From the NCBI RefSeq assembly GCF_009914755.1, contig NC_060938.1: a DNA stretch of 64,000 nucleotides; one strand, given 5' to 3'. Under the pieces are notes generated by a model that was not told where the DNA came from, did no database searches, and saw nothing but the letters and a program-made list of their open reading frames with translations. Shown here piece by piece: positions 42,961 to 60,882 of the stretch. Position numbers and translations under genes: made by a program. Numbering within the stretch: the first letter of the stretch is position 1; each line of letters begins with the position of its first letter. The stretch is from the human T2T-CHM13v2.0 reference genome, Homo sapiens.

Positions 42961-43434
42961 ACCCGTGTAAGGATGGTAGCAGTAGGGTTCAAAAGATCAG
43001 AGGAAACAGTAGAAGGTATGATTGACACAACCTGCTGACTTGAAATAGAGCAGAGGGTAACTCATCCAAAATGGATACACCTTAATATCATGGATTGAAT
43101 ACATTCATTTAACTTTTTCTCTTCTGAAACCCCACAAAAATTATAGTAAAAGATTTTTATTTTAAAAGCATGATCTAAAAGTTGGAGGCCTCTATTACAG
43201 TGATCTACCATGGGAAATAAACATCCTTAAAAATCTTGAAAAGATAGTCCAGTACAAAGGGCAGTCAGTGCCTCACTCTCAAGATGTGCAGATGTGTGAA
43301 AGACTCATGGAGAATAGTCTTCCAACACAGGAGACAATAGCCACAAAACTCAAGAATCTGAAAAACAAATGGATGAGTGGTAACTGACAATAGCCCTGAA
43401 ACAATCTAACCATCACTTGTCAGTGGACAAGGCT

Positions 43435-43462
<28 letters not shown>
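43435..43462. repeat. Poly(A)28 tract with no Alu body upstream
   Basis: 28 consecutive A after ggacaaggct. Confidence 0.9.
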
Positions 43463-43465
<3 letters not shown>

Positions 43466-46400
43466 ATATTTATATGATGGAGTTCTCAATGGGCTCAGAA
43501 ACTGGTAACATCAGCAGACTTTTCTATCTAGTTAGAATACATTTTGCCAACACTCTCACCTACTTAACTACTGCACAGACCAATCACTAGCTAGTGTCTA
43601 TTGTTTAGCAATATCAGATCCTGCACTTGGCCAGCACAGCTCAGGCTGGTGTTGAGGTGGTTCCTAAGACCAGTCAAGCCCCAGGACAGAAGACAAATCT
43701 CATGCTTACCTCTAGTTGCTGGCACTAGAGTAGAGAATTACATAGAGAAAAAACCCAGGTCACTGAGACCCATGGGTACCAAACTTAAAGTTGAAACGCA
43801 TTAATACATGGCCACCCTGTTACTGTGGCAAGAGAAGCTGTATCTACATGGGACAGTAATCAGCCCACACTTCAGCCTTTCCACCAGCTCAGCAGCCTCC
43901 ATCAGACTTTCTAGCCATTTGAGAAATAGCCAGTTTCCCATCACAAACCAGCAGATACCAGCAGATACTCCAACATTGGAGCTTCCATTTCAACAGCAAC
44001 AGCTGGGGGAATAACTTTTTCTCTTCTCTATTGGGACCCCAGTTCTTTAATAAAAATTGAAAGTAAAGATGAAAGAATAATGGACATTATAAGGCTGGTT
44101 AATCAGCAGTGTCTTTATTTCTTGCACTGCTACATAACGTACTGTCCATACCTACATGTGACTTTGCTAAATAAACAGCAAGTGATTTCAATGGAAGAAG
44201 GCAAGAAGATGGAGACCAATGGCACGATGATGACAGTCTGCTGGTGAAAGCTTCTTTCCAAAGATGATATTGATGAGGAATGCATGAGCATGTCCCAGTG
44301 CATCCAAGACTCTGTCACTCTCAGAAGCTCTGGGAAGCTGCTTGTCACCACTTTCTCAGCAACACAGTGAAAGTCAGAGAATAATGTTGATAAAAAGTAG
44401 TATCTTGCTGCAAGGCCCGTCTCTACACTGTCAAGTTACCACATTGAGTTGAAAATTTTGCCAACATATCCAGATCATCCCAAAGGCGAAAAGAGAAGCA
44501 ACTGTTAATGACCTACACCAAATAAATCAACAAACACATAGCAATATGCGGATGTGTACCTTTGTAGTGGATCAAATGAGCCTGGACAAGAAACTCTAAA
44601 TGGAAAGTTTTAGAGCATAAAGAGAACATTCTAGAAAAAGAATGTACTTGCCAAAAAAGTCAAAACTGAGATAAAGGAAAAATTGTAGACCTGGGGAATG
44701 TGAATTTGGAAAAATAATTTATGGGTACTGAGGATAGAGATAACAGGGGAGGTATAGCTATAAGCAGAGCAGAAAATTGATATCCAGTTTTCCAGAATTC
44801 ACAGGTGACATAGAAGGGAACCATTGTACCAAGTGATACACAAAGATCAGAGTTGAAGAGATGTGATTTCGTCCACGAGTCCCTTTAAAGCTGGCTTTGT
44901 GGTGTGTTTGTTTACAACCTTCCTAAGGTGTCGATGTCTACCAGTTGGAACAGTGACACAAGAGATGGTAGGCATTTCTTGACTTTCCATCTCACAAATT
45001 AAATTTGTTTGGTGAATTCCTGAAGGATCCATACAGAGCCTGGACTGAAAGCACCTGTTTCGATCTTATGTGCTGAAAGCAAAACCTTTTCTCATCAAAT
45101 GTTTCTCTTCTTTGTCTTTCTGGCTTTCATATGTGTGATCTAACTTCATTGGTTACATCTTTATTAATAATAAATATCTAATAAAAATGTTAATAAATTT
45201 AAATAAATACATTGAATAAAAATAACCTATATTCATCTAACCTGTTTTGGGTAAAGGAGGTTCCTATACCCAAGATAAGGACTTGAGGAAGTTATGGGTT
45301 TGGGAGAGAAGACACAAGATCAGTCTTGATTATGCTAAGCTTGAGGTTTTGAAGGGTTATTTGGGTAGCACTGTTTAGGAGAAACTTGGAAGTGAGGAGC
45401 CAAAGTCCTGGAGAACATTTTATGTAAGAGATATGTATGGATTTGGGAGTCATCAGAGTCTGAGTGACCCGGGACTCCAGGGTCATGACTGGGAACTATA
45501 ATTTTCACATCTTCTTCTATAAGCCATGTATTAGTCTATCTGCTACCCAGCCTTGAGATAACATGCTCACCCACCCCACATCTTCTATGATTTTGAGTTT
45601 GAAATTTTCCCACCAATATGTAAGGGAAATTATCTTCCCTGCTCAGATCAGGACAAACTCATAGGTGAATTCACAGGTATTGCTGGGATGAAGAGGGAGA
45701 AGGAATGCCTGTTGGTTCACCTGTGGGTTCGAAATGTTGGGATTGGGAAGGTTGGCCCAGGGAGTAAATGCACTGAGTTAGGGGATAGATATGTTTGGGA
45801 GAAGGCCAAACACAAGAGATAACCATTAGAATATAATCTCTGTCTTAGAAAGTGAAAAATTAAGAGCTGTAAGGGGTGAGGTTTAGCAAATAAATATTTC
45901 TGAGCAAAAATAGAGAATTGGAGAGAGAAGGAAATACGGAAGAAAGAAGAACCCAACATCAGATCAAAGTCCAAGGCTCATTGGCTTTTTGCAGGGGAAG
46001 TCACATACAAACCATCTCATCTTCCAGAAGCTTAAGATTTCTGAGCAAGGTGCCCACAGAAAGGGTACTTCAGAGCCACCCTACCAATCCCTTTTCAGGA
46101 CTACAGACCAACCTCCTCAGACCCTCTTTGAATAGTAAGTAGGTAACAAAGATGATCACTGGAGCCAAGATGGTGAGTCTTCGGAGTTTCCAACCTCAGC
46201 GTGCCAGCTCTATCCACGCCCCACCTGCCCTGCAGGTGATAGACATATCCTGGGCAGAATGCCTGCCAGCCCCAGGAAAGCAGCCAGATTGTGCAGCTTT
46301 GCCCAGCTGTCATAGACAGTCATTCCAGGATAATTCTCCATCACCTGAATGTCATGAAGAATTTTCCAGGGACTTTGGAGATTTATTTCTTCCAGACCAC

Positions 46401-46612
46401 CCTCAGAAACACAAATTCCTAGCATGTAAGAGCCATAAGATGCATCTAGTCTCACTTATTCTTGCAGTCAGGAAGATTGAGTACCAGAGACATGATGTAA
46501 TGTCCTCAAAAATCACAGTTAAGGACAGAACCAAGACTGGAATCTGGATTCCTCACTACCATTGCAAACTGTTCCCATGATCTCATGCACAAAATTATAG
46601 ACTCTTGGATTG

Positions 46613-46782
46613 CAGCAGTTTCTTAAAGGTGTTTGATGCGTTCTCCCTGAACATGAGAATCACTTGTGTAACTTGTTAAAAATAGATTTCCAGGACATCC
46701 CCATGGGTCTGGACTCGGGATCCTCTATTTTCAGCAGCTTCTCATATTTATCTCCTACAGCCTGTATGAATTTGGGAATGTG
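46613..46782. mobile_element. MER5-like hAT DNA transposon relic
   Basis: cagcagtttcttaaa...agaatcacttgtgtaacttgttaaaaatagatttccagg...atttgggaatg. Confidence 0.5.
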
Positions 46783-47189
46783 TAAGACCCCTACAGAGTG
46801 CTCTCTAGCCTCTGTTTTAACAATCTGCAATGATGGATGTCATCTCTCCTTCCATCTTTGGACAACTTTGACCTTGAGAAACTTTTTTTTTTGTAATAAA
46901 CCTACCAGCCTCCTCTTGCTTCACTGCATTAGTCCCAATTCTACCTCTGTATCACAAAGAATAGAGGAATGGATTTGATTAAAATTATGCCCACCTAGCT
47001 CTTCCTTATGAAATTTTCTTGCACAAATAATTTTCAGAAAATATCCAAGGTATATACATGCATTTTTATTTTACTTAACACATTTTTTTATGAATACATT
47101 TCTGTCTTTTCATTATCCACAAATTTATTTTTAATAGCTTTATGTTTACCTAAACATTTAAAAGTATTATTCTTACAGTTTCTTGGCAA

Positions 47190-47350
47190 TACAGTTTGGA
47201 GTCTAGGCTCCAAACAGCCTATGTGACCTGGGTTGGTCACTGTGTGACCTTGAGCTAGTCACCAACCTCTTTGGGCCTCAGTTTTCTCACCTGTTAATTG
47301 ATAGGTTTGGATTAAATGATATTTGTAGTCCATTCTGACTCTGATCTTCT
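47190..47350 (+). mobile_element. MIR
   Basis: ctgtgtgaccttgagctagtcaccaacctctttgggcctcagttttctcacctgt. Confidence 0.7.
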
Positions 47351-47474
47351 GAGATTCTTCACAGGATATGTATAAAGGCCTGTCTGAAGTTAATTCTTTT
47401 CACTTTTTCTCACGATGTTCTAACTGAATCTACCTCTGAGTTAATTTAGGCCACCAGTTTTGTCTTAAGATGTG

Positions 47475-47898
47475 TGTCTCAGTCTGTCTTCTGCTGTTGT
47501 AACAGAATGCCACAGACTGGGCAAAGAAGAGAGAAATGTATTTCTCACAGTTTTAGGGTCTGGGAAGTCCAAAAGCATGGTGCCAGCATCTAATGAGGGA
47601 TATCCCATGGCAGTAGGCAGAAAATGGAAGGTGCATGTGTGTGAACTGGGGATGGGGGGTGCAAACTCAGCCTTTTTATTGGGAACCCACTCCTTGGATA
47701 GCTAACCCACTCCTAGGATAACTGCATTAATTCATTCTGTAGTTAATGCTTCTCACTTTTTCTCAAGATGTTCTAACTGAATCTACCTCATGGAACCCTC
47801 ATGATCTAGTCATTCATTAATGATCCCATCTCTTAATATTGTTACTGTGGTAATTAAATTTCAAGATGAGTTTTGGAGGGGACATCCAAACCATTGCA
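47475..47898 (-). mobile_element. MSTC/D-like solo LTR carrying a ~52-bp foreign insertion
   Basis: tgtctcagtctg...gttttggaggggacatccaaaccattgca. TSD atgtg/ctgtg. Confidence 0.8.
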
Positions 47899-48242
47899 CT
47901 GTGGTACTTCCAGATTAGAAAACCAAAGAACAAGAAACAGCCTCTGTTTTAATAACGTGCGATGATGGATGGCATCATCACTCATTCCATCTTTGGACAA
48001 CTTTGACCTTTAGAAACTTTTTTTATAATGAACTTCCCTGCCTCCCTCTTGCTTCAATTCATTCATCCCAATTCTATCTCTTTCTCACAAATAGAGAAAT
48101 AGATTTCCCAAATTAGTAATTCCCTGAGAATTGCCCAAAGTTAATCAGTATTCTTAGTCTTTGTTACTCTTCTTCTGCTTCTGTATCACTGGAAGGAAGA
48201 ACTTTAAAAATGCCTCAAAATAGAGATAATTTGTTGGATGCA

Positions 48243-48935
48243 TGTAGAGGGCTGAATAATGGCCCCCCAAAATATCAGCTTCTAGTTCTTTACATCTGTA
48301 AACATTTGTTGATAAAGGGTCTTTGAAGGTATGGTTACATTAAGTATCTTCATATGGGTAGGTTATTCTAGATCAGGGTGTCTAATCTTTTGACTTCCCT
48401 GGGCCACACTGGAAGAAGAATTCTCTTGGGCCACACATAAAATGCACTAACACTAACGATAGCTGATGAACTAGAAAAAAAAATCACACACACACACAAA
48501 AATCTCATAATGTTTTAAGAAAATTGACTAATTTGTGTTAGGCTACATTCAAAGCCATCCTGAGCCACATGTGGCCCATGGGCCATGGGTTGGACAAGCT
48601 TGTCCTAGATTATCTGGGTGTGCCCTAAATACAATGACATGTATCCTTACAAATGAGAGTCTGAGGAAAATTTAGTATAGAAAGAAGAGGAGAAGGCCAT
48701 ATGGCCTCAGAGGCAGAGATTAGAATGATGTGGCCAGAAGCCAAGGATGCCAGCAGCCACCAGAAGATTCCTTAGCACCTCCAGAGCAAGTATGGCCCTG
48801 CCATCACCTTGATTGTGGCCTGGTGAAACCAACTGTGGACTTCTGGCCTCCAGAACTGTGAGATAATAAATTTCTCTTGTTTTAAGCCACAAAGTTTGTG
48901 GTGATTTGTTGCAGCAGCCATAGAAAACTAATACA
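48243..48935 (+). mobile_element. MLT1C/D-like LTR interrupted by MER30
   Basis: gctgaataatggccccccaaa...ttaagccacaaagtttgtggtgatttgttgcagcagccatagaaaactaataca. Confidence 0.8.
48374..48602 (+). mobile_element. MER30 DNA transposon (full length)
   Basis: cagggtgtctaatc...ttggacaagcttg. 8-bp TSD ttctagat/tcctagat. Confidence 0.88.
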
Positions 48936-49742
48936 GTGCCAAAATTACACTAAGCACATTATAGTTTAAAGTAGATGACACAATGATTTTTTTTAGAAAA
49001 ATTGTGATTCATTAACTGAAAAAAGAAACAAGCAAAAATTTAGTTTTCTTCCAAAGTTTTATTTGAAAAAATATAGATTATAATATTAATTTTGAAAGCA
49101 AATTATACTAACATGAACTTATGTAGTAGAATTATTTAATAAGCATTCAGCTTAAATTGCTTAATAAAGTTATAAATTGTATTTGTCCAGGTCTAATGTA
49201 GTTTAAAATATCTTTTGGATATCATAACTAATCATATTATTTCCACGTTCGTGATGGAATTAAATCAATTAGTTATAAAATAAAATTTATTCTTAATTAG
49301 TATGCCAAAATTTATACATACATAAAATAATCTCTTAAAATATTCACTTCGAAAAGTGGTATATTTATTTCAGTAATGCTTCCATTGCTTTGATTTTTTC
49401 AGATTTTTTTCTCCAGTAAGAGCTTTTAGAACTTGTTTAAATATCCTCAACAGAAGCAAAGCCATGAATTCATAACCATATATACATTTATATAATCAAA
49501 ATTGATTTGGAGATTCTGCTTTGGAGAATGGTAGACTAGCCTACTCAGACCAACTGTCTGAATGAGAACAATTACAAAATCTGGTAAAAAAAAAAAAAAT
49601 TCACTTGATGTCACTGGAGAGTTAACAAGAGAATAAAGAGTTACTGGGCCAAGATTCATGCTAACATAAACATCCATAGATATGATGGTGGCCTTGGGTG
49701 CTGTTTTTGCCCTGGGGACATTTGGTAATCCAAGAGAGCACC

Positions 49743-50068
49743 TGTCAGACGATGCCTTTATTAAGGCCCATGGACATTATCTCCTATGCCATAGGGGTTG
49801 TGGATTTGCTAGTTTAAAGAAAACACATGCAAAGATGAGAGCTTATTTACCTGACTCTGGTATTGACTATTAGGTTTTACCATGGTCAGCAGCTGTGGGC
49901 TGTGTCAGGTTTGGGTCAGGGAGATGAGGAACAAGGAGGCTACATCTTAACCGCACGGGGAGGGGACGTTTTAACAAGGCCAAAGGTGATGAGGTACATC
50001 AGGGTAAACATGTGTTAGGCCTAAAAATGGATGTCAAGGCAGCAACTATATTAAACAAATTTATGATG
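49743..50068 (-). mobile_element. Probable ERVL-class LTR fragment (family uncertain)
   Basis: Ends ggcctaaaaatggatgtcaaggcagcaactatattaaacaaatttatga, resembling the reverse of an LTR start as I recall it. Confidence 0.4.
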
Positions 50069-50904
50069 GGCAGTGATTACTGTTTACCTCTAAGGGGCAG
50101 GGAGTATATTGTGATTGGGACAGTACCTGCAAGAGACTACCAGAGTGTTGAAAAAAAAATTTTTTAACATCAATCATGGTAACATGATTAAAATAATGTA
50201 AACTGTTCCCACAGTATTTCTTCTTAGCACTTTTCTGTTTGTATAATATTTCACAATAAAAATAGCTTTCCTTTTCCTTTTTCCTTTTGTTTTACAAAAA
50301 GTAATTTGAAGTCAGTTCGGTGAATAAAGTCTGTAATTAAAGAGGGAAATGCCAATTGTGGTTTAAATAAGGTGTGACTCTGGGTAAATGAAGTCAGTTT
50401 TCTTGTTGTCCTTAAAAGCTGTTTCATAAGTTTATTTCCAAAGAGCATTTCCAAAAACATTTGTAGCACAGCCAATACTGATGGAAGGAAGGGTGTGGCT
50501 TTTTTAGGGCCAACTCTGAAAATGACAGTGCTTAATTAAATATTGATTATGCTGTGGTTGCCTTAACAAATGTAACTTCACTGTAACATGTTTTATTTAA
50601 ATGTATGAATTTTTCTTCTTATGGGATTCACTTTAGTAACAACCTCTTAAAATCCTGTCAACTTATAACTGTGAAAGCAAAGGCATATCTCTGATGCTCC
50701 TGGCCTTTGTGTCATTAAAATCTTACTCTAAATGTCGCATTAATTCATCTTTTCAACATTTTTCCTTGTTTGATTTTTTTCTCCTGGAAGAAAAAATGCT
50801 AAGTGGAATGAAGGAAGGAAAAGACAGGCAGTTTATTAAAAGTCAAAATATACCATACAAACCCCTAATTGTACTCTAAAATTTCTTTTTAAACGTTTCT
50901 ATTA

Positions 50905-51214
<310 letters not shown>

Positions 51215-53525
51215 AAAACATTCTGTTTCCAATAAGATAAAATTTGAGAAGAGAATGAAATCCAGATTTAGTGTAGCTGACCCGGGATCACTGACTCTTT
51301 TTTAGAGAAGGAACTGGGAAACTGCAGTGGACATCATGCTCTGGAGCAACAGTGACTATGGATTTCACTGTATCATCGGTCGCAGCATGGAATTCTATAC
51401 ACTAAAATCGCTGGATGAGATGCTGGTGGGAAGACCCTAACAAAATCGTGTTTCTGACAGAAAGTGTATACACATTATGAGCAAGGAGAACATTAGTTTT
51501 CAGCTTAGCTCCTTGTGCAGTTGAATTTGTTACTCTGTTCTGAAGACATTGGTGCCAGATAAAAGCTTTAAACACAAAACGTTGTTACTGACATGTTAAT
51601 ATAATTATGCCACGTATTATATATACAAAACTTTAAAAGCTAAATTTAGAAGTTATTGCTGTATCATTTATATAGGCTTTGTTCTCCTTAAACACGTTGA
51701 CTTTAATAAGGCATGTTTTGTACAAATAAAGTCTAATTCTACCATCAGTTGCAGCCACAGGAAATTTGAAGTCATTTTTATATAAAATTTAAATTCCAAC
51801 ACTTAATTCAGGTTCTATGACACCATTTTCTAGATCCAAGAAGGAAATCATTGGCTCAGGATTTTCTACAGCGATCTATCCTGTATGTTCCTCAGATAAT
51901 ATGCCCCTAGAATATTATTTTTTATAAGAATTAATGGCAGAAACATTTGAGCTTATCACTGATGGCATTTGTTGACTATCAAAATTGTCTAAAACCTCCC
52001 ACATTTATCCAGGTATAAAAGTAAACTTCTAGGTTGGGTGTAGGGTAGGTTGGGAGTCAAAAGAGGACACTCTATAGAGTCACAGTTCATAGGTTTTCCT
52101 AAAGAACACTTTCTAAATCTAAATTTTTCCTCCCACTAAGCCAAATGAGGAGGGCTCCAGGGAAATCACTGGTGATGATTAGGGGTCCTACAAGAAGCAG
52201 GGTGTTAACCTTCTCACTGATTGGATTCTTGCTGAGCTGTTGAACCCATAGCTCATCCTTGCTTCTGCTGCCAGAGAGGAAAATATGGAAAAGTTCATGG
52301 GCCATTTGCCAGAGTTTGTGGATGTATATGAACTGAGACTCTTGAGGCTAAGAGGCTGCATGGGGCAGCCCACACCAAAAGGCAAATAGGGCCCATATTG
52401 TAGTGTGATGCTTAAGGAGAAATATATGGAACACTGACCTCCCCACCCCCAGGATCCCTGTGACTCTTGGAGGGTCAAGGGAGCATCATCATGGAGACAG
52501 AAGACAGAGAAAGAGAGGAAAAGAGGAAGCCGAGCCCACCCTTTTCCTGTCTAGGTCCTCTAGACAAAGCTGTGAAGGGAAAAAAAATAGAAGATAAAAT
52601 GGGATTTAAATTTTAAACTGGACTAAATTGCAAGTGACCAGAAAGCTAAAGGGTCTGCTCAAGATGTCATAAGGGAAAAGTAAAATTATTTCCCATTGGT
52701 ACCTCATCGAGTTCATATTGTTCAAGAAACTGGATATAATACCTAGTGACAAAGAGACTAGGACTTCTGTTTTGTTCTTGTCATACAGCCAAATATTGTT
52801 CTGGTCACACAGCCATAACAATACCCATTGGGGCAGAACACTGAACTGGTAAGAAAGTAAGGGAAATTTTTAGAGGCCTTAAAATAGAAAGTGAGAATTC
52901 AGGAAAGTAGACTCGTTTTAGATTAGTCTTTTCTCAGAGGACATCTGTCCATCCTGGGTAGTCTAGGGCATGAATTTTAAAAGCCTATATGAGTATCAAG
53001 TAAAAAAATTGAGTAGGGTGGCAGTCAGTTCAGAGACTCCTGAAGAGCAATACGATTATTAGATGAGTAGGGGGAGAAGGCTTTAGAGAAGGAGATGATG
53101 GAAATAATCGTTTTGTCTTTGGCTATTAATAGGTGAAAGACAGGAGAAAAAGTCTCCCTAGAAAATTCCTAATTCCAAATTCTAAGTCTATTCTTGTTGG
53201 CGTGTCTCACTAAACCCCATGTGGCCCAAAAATTCAAGCAAAAATTTAAATTGTCTTTTTTTTTCCCCCACTCAGTAAAGATTTAATGATGAAAAAATGC
53301 AAGTTTTATAATACAAATATATAAAATTATGAAAACAATTTTTATAACAATCATTTGATAGTCTTTTTTTAAAAGACTACAGAAAGTTTAAAATATAATT
53401 TTGTAATTATAGATATAAACAATGAAGTTTTATAAAATTAATCATTTGATATTTTTAAAAAGGCTATCCAAAGGAATTTAAAATCAGAATGTTGTTGAAA
53501 CTGAACACCAACTGTATCTACATTT

Positions 53526-53961
53526 ATTTCTTTTTTTAAAATACTTTAAGTTCTAGGGTACATGTGCACAACATGCAGGTTTGTTACATATGTATACATG
53601 TGCCATGTTGGTGTGCTGCACCCATTAACTCGTCATTTATATTAGGTATTTCTCCTAATGCTATCCCTCCCCCCTCCCCCCACCCCACGACAGGCCGTGG
53701 TGTGGGATGTTCCCCTTCCTGTGTCCATGTGTTCTCATTGTTCAATTCCTACCTATGAGTGAGAACATGTGGTGTTTGGTTTTCTGTCCCTGCAATAGTT
53801 TGCTGAGAATGATGGTTTCCAGCTTCATCCATGTCCCTACAAAGGACGGCATTATTCACAATAGCAAAGAGTTGGAGCCAACCCTAATGTCCATCAATGA
53901 TAGACTGGATTAAGAAAATGTGGCACATATACACCATGGAATACTATGCAGCCATAAAAAA
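53526..53961 (-). mobile_element. Short L1PA insertion with a 5' inversion
   Basis: Minus-strand L1 3' end at 53526-53847, joined to an inverted plus-strand piece at 53847-53961. Confidence 0.9.
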
Positions 53962-54196
53962 TTTAAACTTTCTCTATTTCAGTACTGCCCCCAGCTACCA
54001 GGAAGAAGCAAACACATCTCCTCTCTGGAGAAGCACACATTAAATACAGAACAAAAAAATTTCCAGATAAAAACAAAAGTCACTGGAAACATAAGAAAAC
54101 AAAACAACATAAGGATAAGTCAGCAAAGAGCACAAATGGCAGAATCCAACACATAAAGATTGCAGACATTGTAATTATATTCAGATTATAGAATAA

Positions 54197-54273
54197 TTAT
54201 TAGATCATACGAAATTGCCATTTTTATAGGTCAAAGCTGGTAACTATCTGCAGTTCCATATGCTTAACATAAT
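54197..54273. mobile_element. MADE2 MITE, decayed
   Basis: catacgaaattgccatttttataggtcaaa...ttccatatgcttaacat. Confidence 0.55.
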
Positions 54274-54820
54274 GTTTTTAAAGAAATAAGAGAGTACTGG
54301 AAGTATGTTGAAGAAAAGAGGATTAAGGATTCTCAAAAAGGACTAGAAGCTTTGATAAGTAGCCAAATGGAATCTCTGCAAATGAAAAATATAATTGAAA
54401 TTAGAGACTTAATAGAAACATTAAACAGCAGATTTGACACAGCTAAACAAAGAGTTGATAAACTAGAAGATAAAGCAGATAAAAGTACTCAGAATGTATC
54501 ACGGAAAGGCAGAAACAAATAATATGAAAGAGAGGTTAAAAGACTTGAAGAAGAGAGTGATAAATTCTAACATCTAACCAAATTTTGAGAAGTAAATAAC
54601 AGAGAAAATGGGAAGAGCAATTCTTCCCCATTGTCTTTATTATTTCCTTCCAAATTTAAAGATCTAATAGTTGACAGTTTTTCTGAGTGGATTAAAAGCA
54701 TCGGGTTCCAAAAGCCAAAAAAATTCCAAGCAGGATAAAATGAAAACAAATCTATATCTAGCTACATTGATGTCAAATTTCAGAACACTAAACACAAAAA
54801 GAATCTTCAAAATGACTAGA

Positions 54821-60882
<6,062 letters not shown>

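Noticed and set aside
44210-44900. Faint piggyBac-transposase-like peptide fragments (QWHDDDS, NKH, FRA..SRKRMYLP)
   Set aside because: Spacing is not collinear, several frameshifts are needed, and I see no TTAA-flanked terminal repeats. Too weak to call by eye.
53290-53475. Possible ~90-bp diverged tandem duplication (aatcatttgata twice)
   Set aside because: Very AT-rich low-complexity sequence; significance cannot be judged without alignment statistics.
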